Origin: Marsupella aquatica
Lineage: Eukaryota; Plantae; Marchantiophyta
Length of the DNA: 64,000 nt
Assembly: GCA_973895155.1 (NCBI GenBank)
Contig: OZ316895.1
Location: forward strand, 334,107 to 398,106
Direction: 5' to 3'
Shown in pieces: positions 1 through 11,400 of the stretch (position 1 is its first letter; every line of letters begins with the position of its first letter). The position numbers were made by a program, and so were the translations under genes. The notes below the pieces were generated by a model. The model was given only the letters and a program-made list of their open reading frames with translations. It ran no database searches and had not been told where the DNA came from.

Positions 1-902
1 CGAATTCCTAATGCTTCAGACGCATTGGGACATGCGTCAATCAGTTTCTCCAAGCTCAGATTGCGGTTGTCAACATGCATTTCAGACGATAGCTTTGAAG
101 TCAACACCCTGAGTGCTGTCGAGATAACTGTGGAAGCATTGTAATCTAGCTCACCTACTGCTCGCCTAAAGTTCATTTGCGAAAGGCCAGTCAGAATGAA
201 ACTGTCTGATAGCTTGTGTCATTGCGCTCACCATCACACTCCTGTCTGTGGTGGACACATCCAAACCTGTAAAAAAATCGACAACCTCGTTCACAAACGC
301 CTCACAAGCATCGGCAATGGAGTTTAAACCTCTATGCTCCTCCATACTATGATCGAGAAGATGAAGGACTCGACTCCCAATACAATCGCTAAATATGAAG
401 TAAGTACTGCGGAACTAGCTACTTGATCCCGTGGTCCCGAGCCAAAGTATCAAATGCCTTGCAGTAATCCCGGTACTTAAAGTAATCCGCTTCCAAATCC
501 TTAAACTGGTTTTCAAGTTCTGCTACCTTCTGACGGCTTTCGGCCAAGCTCTTCTCGGTGTTGTGGATCAAATGTCGTAAGTTACCTTTGTTTGATCCCA
601 CCAAATGAGACTGCAGTAAAGAATAATCTTGAAACAATTGAGTGACAGCAGAACAACTGACTGTCCATAAAGTTTGAAGGGTTCGCTCAACGAACTCCTT
701 GTGACAGCAATTGTTGTTCCTACAAGAACTAATTTGAAGGTCACGCAACAAGCTTTGGAGCTAGGTGTCAAGTGCAATGGAACTATTGGCCATTGGAGTG
801 AAATTAGAAAAAGTGACCCTGATTGTGATGTGACTACAGGTGGAGGGGATAGCCCCTCCCAGGGCGAGGGGGGCCGATCGTACGGACCTGGGTGGGTCCC
901 AT

Positions 903-985
903 GATCCGGGGGGCAGGGGGCTGGTCGCACGGTCAGGACAGGGATTTTAGGGTATCCGGGGGGCAGTCGGGCTGGTCACCCTAGT
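903..985 (+). mobile_element. Candidate Helitron 3' terminus (GC-rich hairpin, ~10-nt spacer, CTAG|T) with a degenerate upstream duplicate
   Basis: tccggggggcagtcggg-ctggtcacc-CTAG-T with CTAG at 981-984; similar atccggggggcagggggctggtc copy near 903-927. The hairpin stem is imperfect and no 5' end is visible. Confidence 0.35.
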
Positions 986-1573
986 ACGTTGGAAACGAGG
1001 CGGGTCGCCCCAATGACGTCAGAACATCGTCAAGCTTACAAAGCTCAAAGCCACACCATCGACACCATTGACCAGGCAGCATTGAGGTGGCGCATCGTCG
1101 AGCTTACGAAGCTCGAAGCCACACCATCGACAAGGCAGCATTGAGGCGGCCCCATCGCCTGTTTCCCCCATTGGATTTTGCTCTGCAGATGGCAAGTTTC
1201 TGCAATTTGAAGCTGCTGGATGATTATTACGAGATAATCATCAAGACAGCCGAGGGGAAGGTTGATGTGCGAGTGTTCTGCTGCCTGCATTGCATCTCGA
1301 AGTTCTGAAAGCTCTCTGAGCTGAAGAAGCACTGGCTGGGGGAGGGGCACAGATTTCAGCTGACGGAGAGAGGGTCAGCGATTCCCCCAGGGAGGAGACG
1401 TGACAGCGCACCGGACGTTTATCTTCCGGTACCTCCATCCTACAGAGCTGGGAGGGCCAGTTCATTCTATTCTCGAGAGGATTTGGATGGATGGGTGGTT
1501 TGCCTGCCCTGTGGTTTGTCTTGTTATTGAGGATTCCAGGCCGGTGTAGCCTGCTGACAGAGAGCCTCTTGAG

Positions 1574-2164
1574 GTGGAGCATCGGGGTACTCCTGAGCAG
1601 GTCGTTACCAGTGATTCCCCTGTGAGGGAGGTCATTTATCTGGATTCTGTCGAGGTGGTGGATCTCAGCTCTTCAGTCTCGAGAGTGGTGAATGACGTAC
1701 AACAGGACAGCTCTTTGCAGAGGCAGCTGGAGGATGAGTTCAGTAGATTCCACCTCCAAGATCAGCAGAGGGAGCAGCGGCAGAGAGATCAGCAGCAGTG
1801 GGAGAGCGAGGACTTGGAGTGGGAGGAGTTCTGTCGGTCAGAGGAGCAGCGTCTCAAGGAGGAGGAGGAGGTGCAAAGGGAAGATCTTCAGAGGCTCGAG
1901 AGGGAAAAGCTAGAGAGAGAGGAGGAGGTGCAGAGGGAGCTGGAGCTCCAAAGGCTCGAGAGGGAAAATCTACAGAGGGAGGAGGAGGTGCAGAGGGAGC
2001 TGGAGCTCCAGAGGGAAAATCTACAGAGGGAGGAGGAGGTGCAGAGGTGCAGAGGTGGCTCGAAGTGCAATACTGCAATGGGTCATCTATCAGTAAAGAT
2101 TCTCGTGAATTCCTTCCTAAATTGTACATGCCTGCCTGGAGGTAGTCCGCTACCTCATAAGTAG
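1574..2164 (+). other. Degenerate E/Q/R-rich coiled-coil ORF built from ~60-bp tandem repeats, probably a TE remnant
   Basis: Units like gaggaggaggtgcagagggagctggagctccaaaggctcgagagggaaaatctacagagg at ~1858-2048 translate to EEEVQRELELQRLERENLQR; no ATG start; an 8-bp gcagaggt duplication shifts the frame near 2041. Confidence 0.35.
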
Positions 2165-3190
2165 TGCAATGTTGACTCTACACAAAATGGCATGCACTTT
2201 TCAATAAGTGTAAGTAAACCAAATTGTCCAAGGGATTGTGATAATATACGTAAGTGTCTATAAACATGCATACAAGTTTTGCCTAATATACATTTGTAGT
2301 TAAGTGTCCTCTGTGCACCTAAAGCTCCATTGTCCATGAAAAAACTTGAATTAGTCATGTTACATCATTTTTAGTACCTTTTTCTTGAAATTGTGAAGAA
2401 AAGTCTCACCCTAGAAAAGAGTAATGCGAAAAATAGAAAAAAATTGGGCACTTCTCCTTGTATATCGATTTTAAAGAAACCGCAAGAAAAACCGGTTGGG
2501 TAAAAAGGAAGGCCTTGCAATTATACAGGGTCTGCATTTGTGTAGTGTCCACTTATCGAGGCACAACTGTTAACTCGAGATTCAATTCAGGCTGAGATCG
2601 TACAAATCCTGGATCATGCGAGCGGCGGTGAAGTCATTTTGGATCTACATGAGAACTGCGGTGATTGAGGAGTACTTGATGAGTAATTGCTGTCAATGCC
2701 AGATGGACGCCCTCGCTGTAGACACTTGGCAGATCCTGGCCACAAACCGTGCATGGGGTCGAAGAAACCTCTGTTGTACTTACTGCTACGCTGGCGAGTG
2801 TGAGATGCGATTCAGGTTTATAAAGCAGTCGTAGCTCGGCTCTTAGCATCACTTCGACCTTGAGCTCTCTATTGTTTTTGGCCCTCTCGTTGCTTTCTTC
2901 GCGCACGCATTTTCAATCGAGTGAGATCCTCTGTTTCCGAGGATTGGTATTCAATCGAGTGCGATCCTCTGTTTCTGAGGACTAGTAGAACGATTTCCTT
3001 GCGGTTCAGGAGTAGTCGTACACAGTGTGCCGCGCGCACAGTGTAAAGTAGTATTTAGACTGAGGGAGCTTCACTCTTATCTGGACTTCAGTGAAAGGGC
3101 TTAGTCTCAGACCTATTATTGTTCCTTTTTCGAGGAGAAGTTTTTTTGAAGACCGTTGTTGAAGTTTCTCCAGGAAAGGAGAGAGCAAAG

Positions 3191-3415
3191 ATGCCGTGGA
3201 TTCCGTGCTGCGTGGAGTGTGGGTCGACAAGAAACCCATGTCACTGCCGAGTGTTGGGGCCCACTCTGGGCTTCGTGGCATTTGTAGCTGCTGCCGTGAT
3301 TGAATGGCCAGTGGGCGCCCTCGTTTGGTGTTTCAATCACCACAAAGGTCGCCGAATCATGCATAATCCTGCTCTGGTGGTCTACCCTAACGTTTCCAGT
3401 ATTTTTGCCTGCTGA
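3191..3415 (+). CDS. Small (74 aa) Cys-rich, hydrophobic uncharacterised plant protein
   Basis: ATG 3191 gives MPWIPCCVECGSTRNPCHCRVLGPTLGFVAFVAAAVIEWPVGALVWCFNHHKGRRIMHNPALVVYP; resembles, from memory, a conserved land-plant small-protein family (ECG..NPC.C.V.GPTLGF...EWPVGA...KGRRIM). Confidence 0.7.
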   Translation: MPWIPCCVECGSTRNPCHCRVLGPTLGFVAFVAAAVIEWPVGALVWCFNHHKGRRIMHNPALVVYPNVSSIFAC

Positions 3416-3600
3416 AGAAGCTGGGGTCGTAGACTTCTCATGCGTCCTCGGTCTCACAGTGCAAGCAAGAGGCTTTCACTCTTCCTGTAACAGTCGACAA
3501 CAATCACTCGTCGTTGCTCCTTTCATTGACCTTGACCACGGACTCACCTGATATTCAAATCGGTGACGAGGTCCTACTGAGTATGCAGTCGGGTCTCCGT

Positions 3601-3710
3601 TTTTAGTCCAGTTACCATTGCATAGGGTAGGTACTCATGTCAGGCATGACACATTTTTTGTCCAGTTACAAGTGCATAGGATAGGTACTCATGTCAGGCA
3701 TGGCACATTT
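3601..3710. repeat. Direct tandem duplication, ~56 bp x2
   Basis: gtccagttac(c/a)a(t/g)tgcatagg(g/a)taggtactcatgtcaggcatg(a/g)cacattt occurs twice. Confidence 0.85.
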
Positions 3711-4891
3711 GTTCTCGTTGCAGTTTACTAGCGAAACACAAATATTTTGAATGTAGCAGATCCAGATACTTGACAGATTTTTCGTCTAGATTTTTCTAGG
3801 ATGTATCTCAGCATGCTGTTCTCTAGCTGACCGAGCTATCAAGTAGTTCAATTCCATTTGACCCAATTGTCGTTTGAATTCAGCGAGTTTTTGTGTACTG
3901 AATGTTTTTGTGGTTCTCTCAAAGCTGAGGATATTTTCACTCATGAAATCCCTTCAATTAGCGAGTGCTTCTGTGAGCATGTGTGCTTGTCTTTTGTAGT
4001 TTTGTGAGCATGTGCACTGAATATTTACAGCTTCCTTCGTTCATTTCAGTGACTTGTAATCGAGTCATTTTCCTCAAATTCGACTTGAACTGAAGTCGAG
4101 CTTGTAACCGGACGTTTTTGATGGATGTTAATTGGTAGACGCTTATATTTATACCCGGATTCTGGATAAGCAAATACTTTGGGACGTTTGTTTACAAGTC
4201 ATACCTAAAATAGAACTTGAACATTAAAATTTCATCATCATCCGCATTGTGACAAGGAAATTTCGTAGTAACAGTACACGTATGCACTAAGATGAACAAA
4301 GTTGTGCGAAGAGAACGCAATCATTTTCATAATTCACAGCGTATAATTCTTGCCAATGGTAATATACAACCCCAATCATGCCAGTCGTGAACGGTATATC
4401 ATAAGCAATATGCACGCGGTCCCGCAAATTCATACGACGATTATCAATAGACGTTATCAGTATCACAGTTAATGTTTCATGTAAACCCGATGACAAGTGA
4501 GTAGCGCTGGAACAACGCACACGAACGACCACTTTCTTACAGGAAACTTCCTAAGTCCATTTTCTCTAACACTTGTAGCCTACTTGCAAGGTTGGAAAAG
4601 TTTATTTGATATTACGGTATAAAACTTCTTTGTATGGACTGTCATCACGTTCAATAACAGGTGAGATAATGGAAAGGGGACCATCGATTATTGGAGAGCG
4701 AGAATTGCGAGTCTGGCGGTGTCTTTTACATTCATTTGTTGATCAAACTTACAAATATCTTGGTTGCAGGAAGGCCATCTGAATGAAACAAGTCTGCAAT
4801 TCCTACTTCCCACCGTCAGCAGCAGGTGGAACGGTCAAAATCACTTGTACGGTCCCTGACTGTCCAGAGCCTACTCAGCAAGAGCCCTGTG

Positions 4892-6267
4892 TCATGCCTC
4901 ATAACTCATCATGCCTGTTATTGTGACATAGACTGTGGCAATAAACATAGTCAACCCAACCACTACAATAGAAGTACCACCGAACACTTCTGGACAGCCT
5001 TGACCTGCACTCCTCGTCACTGAGACATTATGGGAACCCAAAATAGCAGCGTTCCTGGAATAATAAACATAGCCATGACTCCTCCAGTCGAACCCACGAC
5101 TGCGAAACCGTTCCAAGGTCCGTGACGGAGAGTGCAATTCCAAGAGTGACACTGAAGTAGCTAACTGTTAATATGAGAACGTGTCGAGCCCATGAAAAAC
5201 GACTTGCAGGTAATTTTGCCAGATATTTGTTGGCATCGTCCACAATTGAACGAGCAGGATGATGCTGCACTGGATAGCATACCATTGCAACCACCGCCAC
5301 TCCAACCCGGGCAAGGTTCATAAAAGAATTTCAGCTGCCAGAACTCTTCAAAATGTCTCTCAACGTCTTGAAACAAAATGTAGCCGAATATGCCAATCAA
5401 GGTATACAGGATGAAGCATACACAGGCAAGATGATAATGTCATCCATTCTCTTTACACGTTCTGATCTGCATCTCTCCACTGGAATCTCTGGGAGAGGAT
5501 CCTCGTCCCGAACGTGCTCTTTAAGAGAATCTTTGCGTGATTTCAAAAATGGATGAGGATATTCAGCAAGCTCAGCAAAAATTGAGACAACCTGAATATG
5601 AGTTTGGAACGCCAACACCACAATGTCCAGAGTGACAAATACACAAATTCCAGCTTCAAAGATCAGCAAATCTTTGGGAAACCCGTCCTTCATTATTTGA
5701 GCAACTCCAATTGAGATCAATGCTGTTGCCAGATAAGTCAGCGTGATGATCGGAGCACGCTACTATACCTGAGAGCTTTCAGCGTACTCTGTAGAGACAG
5801 TGGCAAGGTCACGAACAGTCCAAAAATTATCACTACGACAGTGCGATGGCCGAATGGAGTTTTCTCCATATCCCAGAAAAAATTGGTGCAAATACATCTC
5901 CTGTGATGATATGGTAAGATATGCTGGCACCAAATAAGAAGGAGAACATGACCACAGAGCTCACAACAGCCATTTGGGGTTTTAGCAAAGTATGAACGAG
6001 CTGCTGATAGGATTAAGAGTTATGTTTTTCTGCACCCTAATTAGAAGGCAGTGTGACTAGCCCAACAATCCAAATGAAAGTACTCAAGAGAAATCCTCCC
6101 AGGAGACCGGTTTGCCTGAAACCGTAAGGGAATGACAGCACCCCAGCTCCGATGGCAACATTACACATGTTAAACACTGAAACCCATGGGGATTCATTTT
6201 TTCCAACCTTGCTGGTGCTCACAAGCAAAGGTACGTTGTTAGCGAGGGCCATCTTCTCGCTCTTCAT
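4892..6267 (-). pseudogene. Amino acid transporter (Aa_trans / SLC38-AVT type) pseudogene, apparently intronless, multiple frameshifts
   Basis: Collinear fragments in different frames: SVFNMCNVAIGAGVLSFPYGFRQTGLLGG (6037-6267), LAFQTHIQVVSIFAEL (5397-5720), IGIFGYILF (5161-5400), VCYPVQHHPARSIV (5028-5321), terminal TM IVVVGLTMFIATVY (to 4892). Confidence 0.8.
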
Positions 6268-8428
6268 CCTCTCTTTAGTCTCCTCTAGTCCTCAGAACAT
6301 AGTTCCCATAGAAACTATTCCCTACTGAGTCAGAATCTCCCCTCGGTGGCCGGCTGCGTTAGCTAGCAGTCACCTCAAATCAAGATAACCCAATCCCTCG
6401 AAGCAGTGGCACCGATATAAGGTACTGCCTTGCGATTCAGATTTATTTTTCTCCGATCTACTTCAGTAGCAGTTAGCTCAATCCGAAAATGACGAAATTC
6501 CTCAAATATAGCTCAAGTAGAAACTGCTGCCTAGATTATAACTAAGAATCCCCTTCTTTGGTCTGCCTCCGTAGCAGCCTCCTCTATCCGAAAATCCAAA
6601 TTCATCAGGCCATGCTCGACTGGAATGGAAAACTCATGTCCATTTGATTTACGATGTAATGATTTCAGCGCGCGCAGAATGAACCAACCTGCCAGCCTAC
6701 TTTTCTCGAAACGGACTTCAAGACTTCCAATCGAACTTGCACATGTAAACCATGCCTGGAGACAGCAGAGGTAATCTTTGGAGATGAAATCGCAAGTGGA
6801 TGTGGAGAAAGCAGGATTATCAATGATGCCGAAACACTTCATGAGGAGAAAGGATTTCCATCGGATACATCCAATAGCAGCTACAGTTTTTCTCCGCTTC
6901 CTCCTCCAGCTAAAGCATTGCTTAGAAGATATGTAAAGGCTAGTCAGAGAGTAAGTAAACGAGATAACCTGTATATAAAAGTGATCTCGAGATTGTTTCA
7001 AACTCTCTTCAGGATTGTTTTCCTTTTGCGTTCCCCATCTTCTCTTTTTTTGTTCGGGTTTTGTTTTATTTCATTGTTTTCGAAGTACTGTAGGTGTCCA
7101 AAGCAAGGAAGGAATCGCGGGTTACGCATCTCGTGACGCACTCGAGTAGAATGACCAGGATCAACTTGCCTCTGGATAATATTCGATGAACAACTTGCTC
7201 CCATCCATTGTCACGAAAAACTGTTGTAAGCCATAATCACAAAATGACGCAGTCCGTCCTCGGATTTCCTCCCAGACGGCTCGCAAGCAATCCCTAAAGA
7301 CAATCGACTAGTGTAAAACGAGCACGGCACCGCATCATCCATAAGTACCATCCTACTCCATGATGCATATCGTCAAATTAACACCGCATTGCTAATATCA
7401 ACAGAGCAAGAGCCATGAATGAATGAGCTGCAAAAGGAAGCCTTCCAAGACGCACGTTAAAAACCTCTATCTTTATTGATGCTTGTTTTCCAATCCTTGG
7501 TTGAAGGAAGGCTCCCAAAATGCACATTGAAAACCTGTATGTTTATGGTTCGCTTGTTTTCTAATCCTTGGGTGAGAATTTACATTGGTGTGTTTTAAGT
7601 ACTACTTTTAGGGCATTTGTGCATTTATAGATGTGGAAAAATGAATTCCGACACCAAAGCAGCAGCAAGATTCTTTGTATTGCTTATCACTCAATCCCAG
7701 AACATTTGAAAAAACAGTTTTTTTTTGTAAGTGTTGAAATTATTGAGCGGATTCAAATAGCATTATGATAATTTTACTGTTTGGAAAAAAACAATTACTT
7801 ATTTATTCCTTTTGAGTGTAATAATCGAGGGAGGAACCCAGGTTCCCTCTAAAACAGGTTTAGAAAATGCCAAGAAAAAATATACAGAAAGCGAGAAATT
7901 TAGAAGGGGAATATATTGTTCGTTAACAAATTAAACGATTATAATATAAATCCAAATTCACAGAAATACAAACGAGTAACTCCAAATTAGGCAAATTCCA
8001 AGTTTAAAAAGTGTCACTGAAAATTTGTCACTTGAGGGTCGTAAGGGTTTCTCTACAATGGGAAGTCAGAAAAATGTGAACTAAACAAGCATCATAATCC
8101 AGAAGCCTACATTCAAGGGTGACTAAAAGCACAGTAGGAAAACCACTATACACGATGTAATTAAATGCAAAGTGACAGACCTCAGCGAGGGTTTCCAACT
8201 TCCTCACAATTGTCCCTCGTAATTCTTCGGTGGTGTTCGTTTCATTAATTTTGCTTGAGCTTCAACATCTCTGGAGAACAAAGAAATCATGAAAATCACT
8301 TGGACCGGGTGATGAGTTAAAGAGTTTTCACTATTTAAAGTCAGCAAGATATGAACATTTTGTGAGTCAAACATTGGAACACGAGTAGAATTCAAGTGCA
8401 AACAAGTGGTTCCGAATAGCTGGAATAC

Positions 8429-11400
8429 ATGGCCCCAATGGCGAGAATTCGTAAAGTTCCACCAAGATTAGATGATGAGCCAGTACTCGGCATAGTGGAT
8501 CCAGACCCTTTGCAACCCTTTATCACCCACATCATTAAACAGTGGAGAGAGCACAAGAATTACATGAAAACAAAGGAGCGTCGACAATTTCCTGAAGCTT
8601 TGGCTTGCTTTCATCTTCGGGTTGCTCAGATCCTATCTAATAGAGGGTGCTCTTCCTTCACTTTTCTCTCCTCAATAATTGTTAGTCAATCAAAGAAATT
8701 GGTTGGTTGTTTAAAGCTTTCCCCTCCACTTCTTCTTCAATCTCCCGACACTTGCGCCCATGTATGCTTCAATCTCCAGCTGTATACATAGCGTTTTGTC
8801 TATGTCACCACAACAATTTTGTCATTGTTTGTTTGTCAAGTTGTATAGATCTGTACATTTAATTGTTTAGGTTAACTCGTCCATTGAGAATGGATTCTTT
8901 AGTTTGAAATCTGGACAACAAATGAGTACAATATTCAGTACGTCTCTATGTATAGGTGTCGTTCAAACCCTACATCAATATTAATAATATTCCACTGATT
9001 TCGTTTAATTTGGAATCCATCAAGTGTTTTTATGATAAGGAGGAAAGAACTTAAATTGACTGAAAGAGATCAACTTGCCATTGCTGCGAACCAACAGGAA
9101 AGGGAACATGCAGGAGGCGCTTGGAAATTGTATTCAACATTTTGCCCATTGCGATTGTCCCGCTCAAGAAACTGTTCAAATGCAGGTACTGTACATTTGC
9201 TTCATTCTTCTTCAAGTACTTTACACTACGTGACCACGGACAGAAGGGCAATCATGAAATGGAGGAAGAAGCCTGTACATAGGTACCTCTAGGAGAACCG
9301 TGAATGATGACACGCAAAGTACTGTACAATGTGCAGATGACAGTTGAGGGCACGCTGTTCAAGGAAATGCAAAATTTCTTGAATCATGGAGAAAAGAAGA
9401 AGGAAGCACTGCAACAAATTAAAGATTCTATCGTTCAAGTGGAGGTAACAAGTCAATGTGGGCAATCTTATCAGTAGTGGAATCTGGTTGCATTACAAAC
9501 CGAGTTAGAAACTCTCTGATAACCAATGAACACAAGAGTTTAAAATGAAAGTTGTTCTATGAGTTTGACTGTTCTTGCAAAGGGCTCGCTTGCTTCTTGT
9601 TTTCACGACAATTATGAATGATCTCTGCTCTGTACTCGTGGATGGGATGAATAAACACATTTCAAAATATTGTGATCTCGTCAATCAAAACACTCCTCTT
9701 GAGGAATTACTATTACAAAATAAGTCCCTAAGTATGCATGGTTTTAGAGTATGGTGGGCACTAAGCTCTTGGATTTTAGTAAGATGTATCAATGCTTGAA
9801 CTGCTGCATAGGGATTCAGCAATTACCTGTAGCTCCCTCCAGTCCAAAACATGTCTCTTCGCCATATTCTTTTCAGTGTTACTAATCGAATAATCATGAT
9901 ATATTTTCTTCTATGACAATCTGTTATATGCTTCTTGTCTTCTTCAAGTCAACGGAATCCATGGGTCAACTGTTGCAGGAATTGAGCACCTCCAAAAAGG
10001 CACTAATTTTGGCTTCAGGTGGAGGATGTGAGGAGAATGTATGAGATCACTGAGGTTTTGCATTCACATCTGATGGACTATCTTGCCATATACAGTAGAC
10101 AAATGACTCGTCATCCATCATCAGATCCTTCTATTGATGAAGCCGAAATTTTAGCAAGCTTGGAAAGTGTAATGCCAAGAAAATCACTCCTCTATTGGAT
10201 GGAATTGTCGGAAAAAGTGAAAATTCTACAATTGGACGAATTGGCTGATATAGTTCATGGCATACGTGTCTTCAATAAGTAATCCTCAAATCTCATTCTG
10301 TCAGTTAATGAGCTGTATTAATGCTATCTTAATCATAAGAGGGAAAATTTGGGTGATGGTTCCCTAATTGTTTTCCATGTCATGTTCCTTGAGTGTTTTA
10401 TTTGTTGTATTTTGTTTTAACTAAGGGGACTCCTATGTCACTCTCTTGTAGTAGTTAGGAGAGAGACCTTAGTACAGTAACACATGCTCAATATAGCATT
10501 TCATATCCCTGCATGGACATTCAAGAGACTTCCAATTCTTGAGACTTTTATCATGGTGCCCATTTCCACTTCCATCCCCAACCATAGCTGTGCCCCCAGA
10601 ATGATTCTCTAGAGACTTCACTCTAGAACATAGGCCATTATCTTAGCTTGCAATCTTGCTTTGTTAAATATATTCTCCTGCTTGAGAATTAGGTGTCTTT
10701 GTGTAACTCAGTGGTAAAGGGCCCCACTTGATTTTCTTCCAGCTCCATATCCTTAGATTCAGCATGCTACGCTGGACTTTCGCTCTAATTTCTTAGATCC
10801 ATACGATTGGACTAAGCAATACAGTTTACCGTAGAAGTTTATCTGACAAAATTGTTCTTTCACATGTCCTCTTAAATAAAAACACTGTTTCTTGAACTTA
10901 CATTTGAATCCACTCCATCCAGTACACATTATTATGTCCAGCTACTTTATTTATTTATTAATCATAATCATGCTAACTAAGGACATCAAAACAAATCAAG
11001 TATTGACAAAGCTATGGTGAAATAAATTTGTCCAAGTTTGTAAACTTGCTCTGATGTGACAGGTGTGCAGGAAAAGGGGGAGCTACACTAAACCTACCAC
11101 ATGAGCAATTCAATGTAGAATCAGAAAGTTTGGGAAGACAATTGGAAGATGCCCTTAAGAATGTAAACGATAGAGTCGAAGGCTTGACCAAGGGAATCTT
11201 GCTTTACATCCAGGATTATGGGATTCAACACATCTTCATCCAACGTCTGAGGGATGATTTGGCCTATGCTCATCAAACAAAGATTTATCTGCAAAATCTG
11301 ATTGCCTTTGTTACTGAAAGGCACGCTACCGTTCTTGAATACCATGAGAGAAGTACGAAATGCATTGATCTAGTTTTGGAACTAATAGAGGATCGAACCT

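Noticed and set aside
4555-4571. ...ctctaaca as an LTR end
   Set aside because: No matching TGTTAG start or TSD found nearby.
6531-7204. ORFs between the transporter pseudogene and CFAP206
   Set aside because: No recognisable homology or splice structure; cannot support a gene call.
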